A DNA stretch of 64,000 nt from an uncultured Chloroflexia bacterium. Its GTDB lineage: Bacteria; Chloroflexota; Chloroflexia; QHBQ01; JADMIH01. The stretch covers positions 128,001-192,000 of the forward strand of contig CAWCNY010000006.1 in the NCBI GenBank assembly GCA_963797095.1, read 5' to 3'. Each line of letters opens with the position of its first letter. The first letter of the stretch is position 1. Shown piece after piece: positions 28,446 to 37,963 of the stretch. The position numbers and the translations under genes were made by a program. The notes below the pieces were generated by a model that saw only the letters and a list, made by a program, of their open reading frames with translations, searched no databases and had not been told where the DNA came from.

Positions 28446-29663
28446 TTATTTTACGACTACTTTTGCGAGCATATCGGGGTGTATCGTACACCAGTAGTCG
28501 TATGTGCCAGGCTTGTCGAAGACGTAGCTGAAGCTCATGCCAGGCGTGTCCATGAGGTCTGATTCCCACAGCGGCGGATTCGTTTTGGATACCGTGTTGT
28601 GTACTGTGGGGCCGACTTCGGTCCAGGTTACCCTTGTGCCTACAGATACTGTGATTACGGCGGGGTCGAACTTGAAATCTACGATGTTGACGCCTGCCTG
28701 CGGCCTGTCCTCATACTCTGCTTTGTAGCGGAAGGTCCCCAACTGGCTCAGGAGCACGTCGAACGGAGGGTTGTTCTCCGGGTGGTACTCAAGGACCGCA
28801 CGCTCGAAATATTGGACGAGGTAGGTCTTGCCGTCCAGGGCCGATTGCTCCATGAACTCGTCTGAAATCGGATAGCCTTGCTGTGCCAATCCGCCGTTTT
28901 GCTCCCAGTATTCGTGGAACTTGCCGCCTATGGTCTTGCCCGTTTCGGTGAATTTGCGCGGGTTGACCTGGCTTGCGTTTTGTCCAGGCGCACCGTCAGG
29001 GTATTTATCTTTGTAGACGAAGTTGCCAAGCAGGCTCAGGAGCACGTCGTTGGGGGCTTTGTTTTCGGGGTGTTTCTCAAAGACCGCTCGCTCGAAGTAT
29101 TGCACTGTGTAGGTCCGGCCATCGGTGGCGCTTTGCTCCTCTATCTCTGCGGAAATGGGATATCCCTGCTGTGCAAGCCCACCGTGCTGCTGCCAGTAAT
29201 CAAGGAACCTGTCGCACACGGTCTTGCCGGTTTCATCGAAGGTTGTGCAGTTCTTCTCCTGAGATGTTCCGCCTGAGACCGTGAAATTGATATTGCCGTC
29301 GGTGATGCCATTGTCGTCCTCGGTTACGGTGTGCCACTTCACAATATAGGCTCCCGCAGCCAGGGGTGTTATCATTGTGGTGGTCATTTTCTTGCGATTG
29401 GCGCGGTCTATAGCGGTAGTAGATGTCACCTGCATGCCGTCGGCCATACTTATCTGGGCCGTAGACTGATCTACGCTGACATCCTCCGAAAACATGATGA
29501 CAACCTCGGTTAGCCCTGTCTGCACGGTTGCGCCGTTCGCGGGGGTGGAGGTCACCACTCGCGCGTGTGCCCAGGTAATCCCCGGTGTGCCGAGCACGCT
29601 TACCAGCAATAATATCACCGCCAGCGAGGGCCAGACCCGCCTACTCACAGATCTACCCAGCAT
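28446..29663 (-). CDS. Secreted copper-binding fusion: CopC, two Chloroflexota-type repeats and a cupredoxin domain
   Basis: Signal peptide then HARVVTSTPANG (CopC His1) and WHTVTEDDNG; twin GGLAQQGYPIS...VQYFERAV repeats; HNTV...YWCTIHPDM type-1 Cu site. Confidence 0.88.
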   Translation of the reverse strand: MLGRSVSRRVWPSLAVILLLVSVLGTPGITWAHARVVTSTPANGATVQTGLTEVVIMFSEDVSVDQSTAQISMADGMQVTSTTAIDRANRKKMTTTMITPLAAGAYIVKWHTVTEDDNGITDGNINFTVSGGTSQEKNCTTFDETGKTVCDRFLDYWQQHGGLAQQGYPISAEIEEQSATDGRTYTVQYFERAVFEKHPENKAPNDVLLSLLGNFVYKDKYPDGAPGQNASQVNPRKFTETGKTIGGKFHEYWEQNGGLAQQGYPISDEFMEQSALDGKTYLVQYFERAVLEYHPENNPPFDVLLSQLGTFRYKAEYEDRPQAGVNIVDFKFDPAVITVSVGTRVTWTEVGPTVHNTVSKTNPPLWESDLMDTPGMSFSYVFDKPGTYDYWCTIHPDMLAKVVVK

Positions 29664-29804
29664 TTTCCGTCTCCAATTTCGCAGATCGTACCCTAAAGAG
29701 GCGTATTTTGGGCGCTAACATAGCATATTATACGCCGCCGGTTACACCACATTCACAACATTAGACACCCAGACCTGGGATAGCAGTGGCACGCCGGGAT
29801 GCAT

Positions 29805-30005
29805 GGTCCCTTGGGGACGTAAGAGCATTGCCTCACAGGATCGCAGAGCTCTTACGTCCCCAAGGGGCTATGGCATTATCTTGGGCTTACCACAGGGCTT
29901 AGGCCCTGGGCTACTCTATACCGTCCCTTCAGGACTTGGCTTGGGTGGCATATGATCCACGGTGCTTGGGCCCTGGGCTACTTTCTTGCGTCCCTTCGGG
30001 ACTTC
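29805..30005. repeat. REP-like cluster (GTCCCNNNGGGAC / GCCCTGGGCTA units)
   Basis: Close similarity to 8641-8730 and 39263-39352, with head-to-head units. Confidence 0.8.
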
Positions 30006-30059
30006 TGTTTGGGTGGAGTCTCTGGTATCTGGTATTTTGTGGCTGAAGCTGTTTCCGGC

Positions 30060-30530
30060 TTAGATCGTCGACTCGCCGTGCTGCCCTTTGCTTGGGTCGG
30101 AATCTCTGCCGGCAAGGTTGGGATCGTGCCCTTCGGCCTTGCGCTTGAACCGCTCCAGGTCGTCCTCCACGCTCCGGGTAAGTCTCCCCGTCAGGACATC
30201 TCCTATGGTTTCCAGCCATGTTGGTTCGTACTCAATTACAACGTGCATTTCCGTGAGATGTCCCCGCTCTGAGAGAGTGACCGCACCTGCATTCATCGCC
30301 CCTGAAGTGGACGACCATGTCACAGCCCGATTCTTTGCCAACCCCTTGACTTCGGCATCCCACTCTTTCTCAACAGGGCCGATTTTGGCTTTCCAGTGGT
30401 ATGAATGCTCCCCTGTTCTTGTCACCGATTCGATATGCTCCATAAATTGAGGGAAGTTCTCGAAATCGGTCCACATGGAATACACCCTGTCGATGGGTGC
30501 ATTTACTGTCACATCTTTTTCAACGCGCAT
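30060..30530 (-). CDS. SRPBCC/polyketide cyclase family protein
   Basis: VTVNAPIDRVYSMWTDFENFPQFM and DDLERFK. Confidence 0.9.
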   Translation of the reverse strand: MRVEKDVTVNAPIDRVYSMWTDFENFPQFMEHIESVTRTGEHSYHWKAKIGPVEKEWDAEVKGLAKNRAVTWSSTSGAMNAGAVTLSERGHLTEMHVVIEYEPTWLETIGDVLTGRLTRSVEDDLERFKRKAEGHDPNLAGRDSDPSKGQHGESTI

Positions 30531-30709
30531 CGTTTTCCCGGCCTCCTATCGCATATGATATGGTCCAACTGTGCAAGTAATATACCATGCCACTTTGATG
30601 CAACCAACCGGAGGGTAGTCCGTTGCTGATATTGGGAGTACAATGCTGGTAGCGCGCAAAATCAGCCCAGAACAAGCAGATTGTAATAATAACGAGGGAG
30701 AAGTTAGAA

Positions 30710-32287
30710 ATGAAACCAACCCAGAAGCGCATCGCCGCGCTCGCACCGTTCGCAGCGGCTGCTTTGCTCTTTATGAGCGTAGCGCCCGCTTCAGTACCAC
30801 GCGCTCAGGCAGCCTCCCAGGCCGCTCCTGAGCAAATACCCGGTAACTTTGCCGACCCTGCTTTTCAGTCTACGTGGTCGCGCACCGATCAACTGGTGGA
30901 CGAAGGCTCGGTGAAGCGCAGCTATTATTGGGGCCCGATCCCCGGCTTCACCGGGTATGAGGACTACGCGGAAGGCCCCAACGGCAAGCACCTCGTGCAG
31001 TACTTCGACAAGAGCCGCATGGAGATCAACAATCCGAACGGCGACAAGTCCAACCCGTTCTATGTCACGAACGGTCTGCTTACTGTTGAGCTTATCTCAG
31101 GGAATATGCAGGTCGGCAACGACAAGTACGAGTACAGGTACCCTGCCGAGATCGATATCGCGTCGGATAGCGACGATACGGGCGCGGGAACGCCTACTTA
31201 TGCCAGCTTCCGAAGCGTGGCGAATTCGTATACAACCAGTAACAGCCGCATCGGCGAGACGATCGTGGATACGATCAACCGCGATGGGCTGGTGGGGTCG
31301 AACACGGCTTTCAACAACTACAATGTCAAATACTCTTATTACGAAGCGGCTACCAAGCACAATATCCCCGACGTGTTCTGGAACTTCTTGAATGCTACGG
31401 GTCCAATCTTGCAGGACGGCAAGACTGTGGAAGCGCGGTTGAGCGATCCCTACTTCTACGCTACCGGCTATCCGATTGCCGAGGCGTACTGGGCGAGCGT
31501 CAAGATCGCGGGTAAGGCTAATACTTCGGTGCTTATACAACCTTATGAGCGGCGCGTGCTTACATTTGTGCCAGATGCCCCTGAAGGGTTCAAGGTGCAG
31601 ATGGGGAATATAGGCCAGCACTACTATGATTGGCGGTACCATAACGCGGGAATGCCCACGCCACCTGTGCAGCAGTGCCAGCAGGTGCCGATCCGGGGAT
31701 TCGGGAAGGTGTGGGCCGATCACTCCGAGGTGCATGCATGGCTTGGCTGCACTTATAATCAGGAGCTTCCCGCGACGGTGGCGCACCAGTACTTCGAGCA
31801 TGGGGAGATGATCGACCTGATAGGGAACTACGGCTACTATGGGAGCAGTTTCAAGCAGATATATGTGCTGTTTGATGATGGCACCATCCAGGGCTTCGCC
31901 GACAACTATGTAGATGGCACCGCCGAGCCTGATATCCAGGCTCCGCAGGGCCTGTATACTCCTGTGCGTGGGTTTGGTAAGGTATGGCGAGAGGGAACAG
32001 GGGCGCGGGTGCGCGAGCGGCTTGGCTGGGCAACAGCGCCTGAAACGGTGGCGGTAGCTCAGATCCCGCCAGTGCCCGGCCCGTATCCGACTGCCGCCCC
32101 GGTTGGCCCTACGGCAACCCCGGTTCCGGCGGGACAGGGTGGGGCAATCCAGCAGTTTGACCGTGGGATGATGGTCTATGCTGGCCCTGTGCTGAAGAAG
32201 ATCTTCGTTCTGTACAACGATAATGGATACGGCTACTACGATATCAAGAAGTGGGCTGTGTTCGACGATACGTTCACTGGACCGTAG
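30710..32287 (+). CDS. Secreted hypothetical protein (Chloroflexota-type)
   Basis: Signal peptide, WSRTD...WGP...LVQYFDKSRMEI...VTNGLL...QPYERRVLT...MGNIGQHY, and C-terminal PxRGFGKVW repeats. Confidence 0.85.
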   Translation: MKPTQKRIAALAPFAAAALLFMSVAPASVPRAQAASQAAPEQIPGNFADPAFQSTWSRTDQLVDEGSVKRSYYWGPIPGFTGYEDYAEGPNGKHLVQYFDKSRMEINNPNGDKSNPFYVTNGLLTVELISGNMQVGNDKYEYRYPAEIDIASDSDDTGAGTPTYASFRSVANSYTTSNSRIGETIVDTINRDGLVGSNTAFNNYNVKYSYYEAATKHNIPDVFWNFLNATGPILQDGKTVEARLSDPYFYATGYPIAEAYWASVKIAGKANTSVLIQPYERRVLTFVPDAPEGFKVQMGNIGQHYYDWRYHNAGMPTPPVQQCQQVPIRGFGKVWADHSEVHAWLGCTYNQELPATVAHQYFEHGEMIDLIGNYGYYGSSFKQIYVLFDDGTIQGFADNYVDGTAEPDIQAPQGLYTPVRGFGKVWREGTGARVRERLGWATAPETVAVAQIPPVPGPYPTAAPVGPTATPVPAGQGGAIQQFDRGMMVYAGPVLKKIFVLYNDNGYGYYDIKKWAVFDDTFTGP

Positions 32288-32361
32288 GGGAGGGGCTTTT
32301 TAGAACCAGATTGCACTCATTTGCTACTGACACCCTCTGTCAGGTAATGGACTTAAAAGCA

Positions 32362-32402
32362 AAGATCGGCGGACCCCTGTGAGGTGATCTGCCGATCCTT
32401 TT
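32362..32402. terminator. Hairpin terminator downstream of ssrA
   Basis: GATCGGCGGA...TCTGCCGATC stem with flanking A/T runs. Confidence 0.6.
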
Positions 32403-32749
32403 TGGTGGAGCTGAGGAGATTCGAACTCCTGTCTAGAGAGCTCAGCCAGAGATATACTACAAGCTTATTCTGCGTTTTGAGTTTCGCTCATCGTCCCTCC
32501 ACAGACGGAGTGGCGAATTGCTATCCTGCTGGTCTTAGACCGCCCTCAACAGGCATCGGAGCGGTAGCGCCCTGGTCTGTGTCGCCCGGGTCCCGCCACC
32601 CAGGGTTAGGCGGGTCGGACGTCGCCACTAGGCAGCAGCGAGTGCGTAATTCTTGTTGCCGTTTATGGCTTTGTCCCCAGTTTAACGAGGCAAGGACACC
32701 TCGGCTTGCAATCTCTTAACTTCCTTCCCTATCGAAACCATTCAGCCCC
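32403..32749 (-). ncRNA. ssrA: tmRNA; predicted tag (A)GNKNYALAAA*
   Basis: 5' GGGGCTGAATGGTTTCGA and 3' T-arm GGAGTTCGAATCTCC followed by TCAGCTCCACCA. The tag ORF runs 32660-32628. Adjacent to smpB. Confidence 0.96.
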
Positions 32750-32794
32750 ATGTGGTTATTGAGTACTTTGTACTGCTTATGTATGTAGTACGCA

Positions 32795-33301
32795 TTACTC
32801 TTCGTAACGGTTGCGCTCGCGGAGTGCCCGCGCCACTTCTCGGTCGGCGTCGCGCTCGGCCAGGGCATCGCGTTTGTCGTAGAGCTTCTTGCCCCTGGCT
32901 ACTGCCAGTTCAAGCTTGGCGCGCCCTCGCGTGAAGTGTATGTTGAGCGGAACCAGAGTTAGACCTTTCTGCTCCACTTTGCTCCTGAGATAGTCGATCT
33001 CGTTGCGGTGAAGCAGCAGCTTGCGCCTGCGCATCGGCTCGTGGTTGAAGTGGGTGCCTGCCTGCGGCCAGGTGGAGATGTGTGCATTGAGCAGCCACGC
33101 CTCCCCGCCTTCGACCCTCACGTATGCCTCGCCGATGTTGGCTCGCCCGGCCCTCACACTCTTGATCTCGGAGCCTACCAGGGCGATTCCCGCCTCGATG
33201 GTCTCTTCGATTGAGTAGTTGTGCCGCGCCTTGCGATTGTCGATCAAGGGAGCATTTCCCCTGCCTCCATCGCTTTTGCGAGCGCCCTGCCTGTTGGTCA
33301 T
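32795..33301 (-). CDS. smpB: SsrA-binding protein SmpB
   Basis: NRKARHNY, EAGIALVGSEIKSVR, RKLLLHR and GKKLYDKR. Confidence 0.98.
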   Translation of the reverse strand: MTNRQGARKSDGGRGNAPLIDNRKARHNYSIEETIEAGIALVGSEIKSVRAGRANIGEAYVRVEGGEAWLLNAHISTWPQAGTHFNHEPMRRRKLLLHRNEIDYLRSKVEQKGLTLVPLNIHFTRGRAKLELAVARGKKLYDKRDALAERDADREVARALRERNRYEE

Positions 33302-33323
33302 ACATATATATTATACCAAAAAC

Positions 33324-34316
33324 CTACTTCTTCATCACCTTCATCACGTCCTCCGCGAAGTGTTGCAAGGTATCGAGCCGCGTGAGGTCGTTGCGGAAGT
33401 AGATCACGAAATAGTCTATGCCCGCGTCCCTGATCTGCTCCAGGTGATCAACCGTTTCCGCCGCCGTGCCTGTGAACATCCTTTCCTTGTACTCCTCTAG
33501 CCCGATGTCTCGACCCTGAGCTTTGGACATCTTAGCCCTCATATCTGCGGAAGCCTGTTCGGGTGTTTCGCCGGGTCCGACAAGGGTTACAAAGACGTGG
33601 GCCGTCTTGAGTATGGAGTCGTAATCGCGCCCGAGTGTCTCGCAGTGCTCGCGTAGAGCCGCTACTTTCCTTGCATACTCCTGCGGGTGGCGCACAGATA
33701 TATTGCAGGCGTCGCCCCATTTCGCCACCAGCTTGAGGGTTACACGCTCGCCGCTTCCGCCTATCCAGAGGGGGATGTGGGGCTTTTGCACCCCTTTCGG
33801 CTCGTTGATCGCGCCTTCTACCCGGTAGTACTTGCCCTCGAAGGTGGCATACGGCTCGGTCCACATGGCCCTGATTATCTGCAAAGCCTCGTTGAGCATG
33901 CGCAGGCGCTCAGGGCCATCGGGGAAATCGTAGCCGAATGCTTTGAACTCTTCTTCGTACCAGCCTGCACCGATGCCGAAGTCTAGTCTACCGTGGCTCA
34001 TAACATCTACGGTTGATGCCATCTTCGCCAGCAGGGCGGGGTTGCGGTAGTTGTTGCAGGTGACCATCTGGCCGATGCGGATTCGGGTGGTGTCTCGCGC
34101 CAGCCCTGCGGTCGCCATCCAGCATTCGAAGGTCGTTTCCAACTCCTGGGTGGGGACGGTGTGGAAGTGGTCGTATACCCACACCGAATCGTAGTCGAGA
34201 CGCTCCGCCTCCTGGGCGAAGTGCGTCATCCACTCGTACTTTTCAATAGGATCAGCTATCTTTACCAGGTCCAACCGCCAACCTTGCGGAGTGATAACAC
34301 CAAACTTGGGAACCAT
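33324..34316 (-). CDS. LLM-class F420-dependent oxidoreductase
   Basis: PQGWR, WVYDHFH, YRNPALLAK, GIGAGWY and PLWIGGSGE. Confidence 0.93.
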   Translation of the reverse strand: MVPKFGVITPQGWRLDLVKIADPIEKYEWMTHFAQEAERLDYDSVWVYDHFHTVPTQELETTFECWMATAGLARDTTRIRIGQMVTCNNYRNPALLAKMASTVDVMSHGRLDFGIGAGWYEEEFKAFGYDFPDGPERLRMLNEALQIIRAMWTEPYATFEGKYYRVEGAINEPKGVQKPHIPLWIGGSGERVTLKLVAKWGDACNISVRHPQEYARKVAALREHCETLGRDYDSILKTAHVFVTLVGPGETPEQASADMRAKMSKAQGRDIGLEEYKERMFTGTAAETVDHLEQIRDAGIDYFVIYFRNDLTRLDTLQHFAEDVMKVMKK

Positions 34317-34375
34317 TACACTCTCCTTGCTATTCTGATCAGGCTTTCTTCACGATAAAAGAAGCGACATACCAT

Positions 34376-35707
34376 TTAGACCTTCTGTTTTACAATGGGT
34401 GCTCGACGCGATGCTATTTGCTTTGCCCAGTACAGCACCACCCATGCCATGAACAGTGCCACAGCGATCCCGGTCGCGGGAAGCGCTGCCAGCACTACCT
34501 CACCGGGAGACGCCACCTGCAACCCGATTCCCCAGTTGTTCACCAGACCGGCAGGTGCAGCCACACCGCCTGCCATAGCATCCACAGCAGGTTGTGCTAC
34601 CCATTCCACGGTCCATTGTGGGTAGATTGCGCTTATCCCCAGTAGAACCAGCGTTGCAGTTGCGACCGTTCCGGCTCTATCCTGCTCACCTCCTTTCGTT
34701 GCCCATTGTGCAAGACCTGCCACGAATATTATGATGGGTAGCCCCGCAACACCTGGCAAGCCATAACCTGCCGCCAGCGCCCCGTGGGAGAGCAGCCAAA
34801 GCCCTGCCAAACTCCCAGCCACCACTACAGCGCCAAAATATGAATTCCAATTAGGGTGGTGCCCCATTGCAGCGAGGACCGCAGCCAATGACAGCACCAG
34901 CACAGCCCCTAATCCTGCTACGGGGGATAGGGTTGCCAATCCGAAGGCCGCGACGCTCAGTCCAGCGAATACTTGCCCAGGAGTGGCCTTCCACCCACTG
35001 GTGCTTACGGTCACCCAGGCGATTGCGAGCAGTGCCACCATTCCCATTAGTGCCAGCGTCCATGTGCCCCAGGCATCCCAGCGACCACCGACGAGCATCT
35101 TCGACAATATGAAAGGCGCACCGGCTCCATACAGCGCCATCAAGCCTGGAGATTTGCCATCGCTCCACGCGGTTGAAAGCCCCAGCTGCACAAGAACTGC
35201 AATGCCTATGAGGAGGGTTGCTATCAGAGGCCATTCCCGCAGCGCCCCCCCCGCAGGAGGCGCGAATGGCCCTAGCCATCCGATTGCTGCCACCAACACG
35301 AGAAGCCCGGGTCCGTGCACCATGATGGCGAGCTTCAATCTCTCACGGCTGTTGGTTATTCCGGGGCCCAGCCATAATGCAAGCCCTGCTAGTTCCCAAC
35401 TCGCGACAAATATGAGAGGATCTCGCGAGTAAGCCATCCCTAGCAAGCCCAATAGTATCAAGCTGCTGAGTAGTCCCCGATCCTTCGCATCTGCACCCGA
35501 CCCAAAAATCAGGCCCGCCAGCGCCAGGCTCCAGATGACCCCGAATATGAGAGATAGGCCGTCAACCCTGAGCAGGATCGGCCCGCCATTCCAAAAGGCG
35601 ACATCTACAGCCTGGTTCCCTGCGATGAGAGGCAGGAAGAAGATCAACTGCAAGGCGGCTATCACCAGAATAATGCCGCTAATAACAAGAGGCACGACTT
35701 TTGTCAT
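34376..35707 (-). CDS. Polytopic membrane protein, degenerate antiporter-like (MrpD/NuoN/HyfB-like) subunit
   Basis: LRVDGLSLIF and FVASWELAGL motifs; about 14 hydrophobic segments. Confidence 0.65.
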   Translation of the reverse strand: MTKVVPLVISGIILVIAALQLIFFLPLIAGNQAVDVAFWNGGPILLRVDGLSLIFGVIWSLALAGLIFGSGADAKDRGLLSSLILLGLLGMAYSRDPLIFVASWELAGLALWLGPGITNSRERLKLAIMVHGPGLLVLVAAIGWLGPFAPPAGGALREWPLIATLLIGIAVLVQLGLSTAWSDGKSPGLMALYGAGAPFILSKMLVGGRWDAWGTWTLALMGMVALLAIAWVTVSTSGWKATPGQVFAGLSVAAFGLATLSPVAGLGAVLVLSLAAVLAAMGHHPNWNSYFGAVVVAGSLAGLWLLSHGALAAGYGLPGVAGLPIIIFVAGLAQWATKGGEQDRAGTVATATLVLLGISAIYPQWTVEWVAQPAVDAMAGGVAAPAGLVNNWGIGLQVASPGEVVLAALPATGIAVALFMAWVVLYWAKQIASRRAPIVKQKV

Positions 35708-35730
35708 GCCTTCATTATGCCATAGATGCC

Positions 35731-35953
35731 GGTGGTCGGTGGTCGGTGGTCGGTGGTCGGTGGTCGGTGGTCGGTGGTCGGTGGTCGGTGGTCGGTGGTC
35801 GGTGGTCGGTGGTCGGTGGTCGGTGGTCGGTGGTCGGTGGTCGGTGGTCGGTGGTCGGTGGTCGGTGGTCGGTGGTCGGTGGTCGGTGGTCGGTGGTCGG
35901 TGGTCGGTGGTCGGTGGTCGGTGGTCGGTGGTCGGTGGTCGGTGGTCGGTGGT
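35731..35953. repeat. Heptamer tandem array (GGTGGTC) x31 plus a partial unit
   Basis: Perfect array: 35731-35947 is 217 bp, i.e. 31 units. Confidence 0.97.
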
Positions 35954-35978
35954 GAGGTTGGTAGATTATGCCTGCGTT

Positions 35979-36941
35979 TTACTTGTTTCTTGCGAGCACT
36001 ACGATAGCTACCCCCAGCAGAATAACCGGCATAGCTACCAACCCAACCCGGGTTACTGTCTCGCCACCCAAACCGACGCCGAGGGCCACCGCCACCACGG
36101 GGTTCACATACGCGTAGCTCGTCGCCAGGGAAGGGCGCACTTTCTGAAGCAAATAGCTGTAGGCACTGAAAGCCACAATCGACCCGAATACTACGAGATA
36201 CAGGAAAGCCAATGCTGAGTCTAGATCCGGCATTGTTGTGAGCAACTCGCCGCTGACCAGCCCTAGCAGGAATAGCGCAGTTCCACCGCCTATCATCTCG
36301 GTCGCGCTTGCCATCATGCCCTTCGGCAGCGGCAAGTACCGGCTCCATACCGACCCCAAAGCCCAGCTAGCCGTAGCAAACAGCAGGGCTAGCGCGGCCC
36401 AGGGGTTGGCTTGCATATCGCCTTCAAGATTGAGCAGCGCCACGCCACCGAACCCCAGGAGCAACCCGACCCACTCGATCCTGCCGGGCCAGCGACCCCA
36501 CAGACCGGCAAACAACGCGGCGAAAATAGGAACTATTGCTACGGCAAGCGCTGCCAATCCCGATGCCACCCACTGCTCGGCGAATGTCACAAGCCCGTTG
36601 CCACCCAGGAGCAAGAGACACCCCACCAGCGTTGCCGCTCCCCATTGCTTGAGACTCGGCCATGCCTCGCCACGTAGCTTGACATACGCAAGTAGGAGCG
36701 ACCCGCCCAGTAGGAAGCGAGACCCAGCCATCAAGAAAGGCGGAATACCGCCAATCGCTATACGTATGGCAAAGTAGGTCGATCCCCAGATCACATAAAT
36801 AGCGAGCAGCGCGAGTGCGACCCCCAGATTGTTGTTTGACAAACCTCGCGTCTTTTCGGCTTCGTGTGCCTGTGCTCGCGCTCTGATCTCAACAGGTGTG
36901 GCAGCGGGTGCCACCGTTCCCATCCCGGCTCTGGCGCTCAT
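35979..36941 (-). CDS. yedA: EamA/DMT drug-metabolite exporter, YedA-like
   Basis: IYVIWGSTYFAI, LLGGNG, YLVVFGS and SYAYVNPVVAV. Confidence 0.9.
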   Translation of the reverse strand: MSARAGMGTVAPAATPVEIRARAQAHEAEKTRGLSNNNLGVALALLAIYVIWGSTYFAIRIAIGGIPPFLMAGSRFLLGGSLLLAYVKLRGEAWPSLKQWGAATLVGCLLLLGGNGLVTFAEQWVASGLAALAVAIVPIFAALFAGLWGRWPGRIEWVGLLLGFGGVALLNLEGDMQANPWAALALLFATASWALGSVWSRYLPLPKGMMASATEMIGGGTALFLLGLVSGELLTTMPDLDSALAFLYLVVFGSIVAFSAYSYLLQKVRPSLATSYAYVNPVVAVALGVGLGGETVTRVGLVAMPVILLGVAIVVLARNK

Positions 36942-37150
36942 AAGCTTCTTATCTCCAGACTGCCCCGGCCCAACCACTCAACTGTTCGTTCCGGAACCCG
37001 GTAGCTGTTAAACGCAGTAGGAGCTAATCCGGTAGGATCAACCCCTACATTTATTGTAAATATTAGCTGCGTTTGTTAGCTATTGTAAATATTAGCTGCG
37101 TTTGTTAGCAGCAATACTCGCGAGACTAACGGTTCTTATCAAGCAGCGTC

Positions 37151-37285
37151 TTACGCTACCTTGCCGTACCACTCTTTGCGGCGTTCCCATTCGGGGCTAT
37201 CAAGCCCTTCCCGGCTATCCGCACCCCATATCCATGCAGCTACGGCCAGCGCCAGCACCATTGCAATAAAGACGATCAATTCCAC
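37151..37285 (-). CDS. Small single-TM protein (44 aa) with a GADSR motif
   Basis: GGGAGG RBS and GTG start give MELIVFIAMVLALAVAAWIWGADSREGLDSPEWERRKEWYGKVA*. Below the ORF-track length cutoff. Confidence 0.75.
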   Translation of the reverse strand: MELIVFIAMVLALAVAAWIWGADSREGLDSPEWERRKEWYGKVA

Positions 37286-37431
37286 TTTGAGCCTCCCTTC
37301 GAGACAACCGCCAACTTCCTACTAGCGTTTATCTCTTTCTACTTATATAATACAAGGTGAAACGGCAAATTTGAATACATACATAGAAGTATTTAGTACT
37401 CCTGACTTTGGAGTAGAAGGTAGTGGGACCT

Positions 37432-37905
37432 ATGTACTATCAACTTGAAAGTGTACTGGATGCCACTGGTTGGCAGATTCTTGAGGCCCTCCAGGAGGAT
37501 GCGCGCATCTCATTTACCGAGCTTGGAAAGCGTGTCGGCATGTCTCCACCCGCTGTGGCCGAGCGCGTGCGCCGCCTTGAGGAGTGCGGCATTATCACCG
37601 GTTATAGCGCCCAGGTGAACCTGGAAAAGGCGGGCTTTCCGATCACTGCTTTCATACGCCTCAACGCCGGTGAAGACTGCCAGGGGATGGGCACTACCCT
37701 CGCCCACAATATCCCTGAGATGCTTGAATGCTACCGAGTCACCGGGACCGACGACTACATCATGAAAATAACCTCTGCCTCCGTCGCCGCTCTTGAAGAC
37801 TTGATCGACCGGGTGGCGAGCTATGGTTCCTGTATAACCTCCCTGGTGCTCTCTACTCCGCTGCACGGGCGCATCATTCGCAGGGGCCTGGGGCAGGAAT
37901 CCTGA
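37432..37905 (+). CDS. Lrp/AsnC family transcriptional regulator
   Basis: LQEDARISFTELG...MSPPAVAERVRRLE and ECYRVTGTDDY. Confidence 0.95.
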   Translation: MYYQLESVLDATGWQILEALQEDARISFTELGKRVGMSPPAVAERVRRLEECGIITGYSAQVNLEKAGFPITAFIRLNAGEDCQGMGTTLAHNIPEMLECYRVTGTDDYIMKITSASVAALEDLIDRVASYGSCITSLVLSTPLHGRIIRRGLGQES

Positions 37906-37956
37906 ACCCTGGACTTGAAGGGTCGTAGTTCGTTCCTCCAGGTCCAGGGTTCGGAC
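37900..37956. terminator. Inverted repeat between the convergent Lrp and ada genes
   Basis: TGAACCCTGGAC...GTCCAGGGTTCG. Confidence 0.6.
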
Positions 37957-37963
37957 TCGAAGA

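Noticed and set aside
35731-35953. GGTGGTC array as a CRISPR array, or as the coding VVGGRWS/PPTTDHR ORFs
   Set aside because: There are no spacers and no cas genes. The ORFs arise only because the heptamer lacks stop codons.
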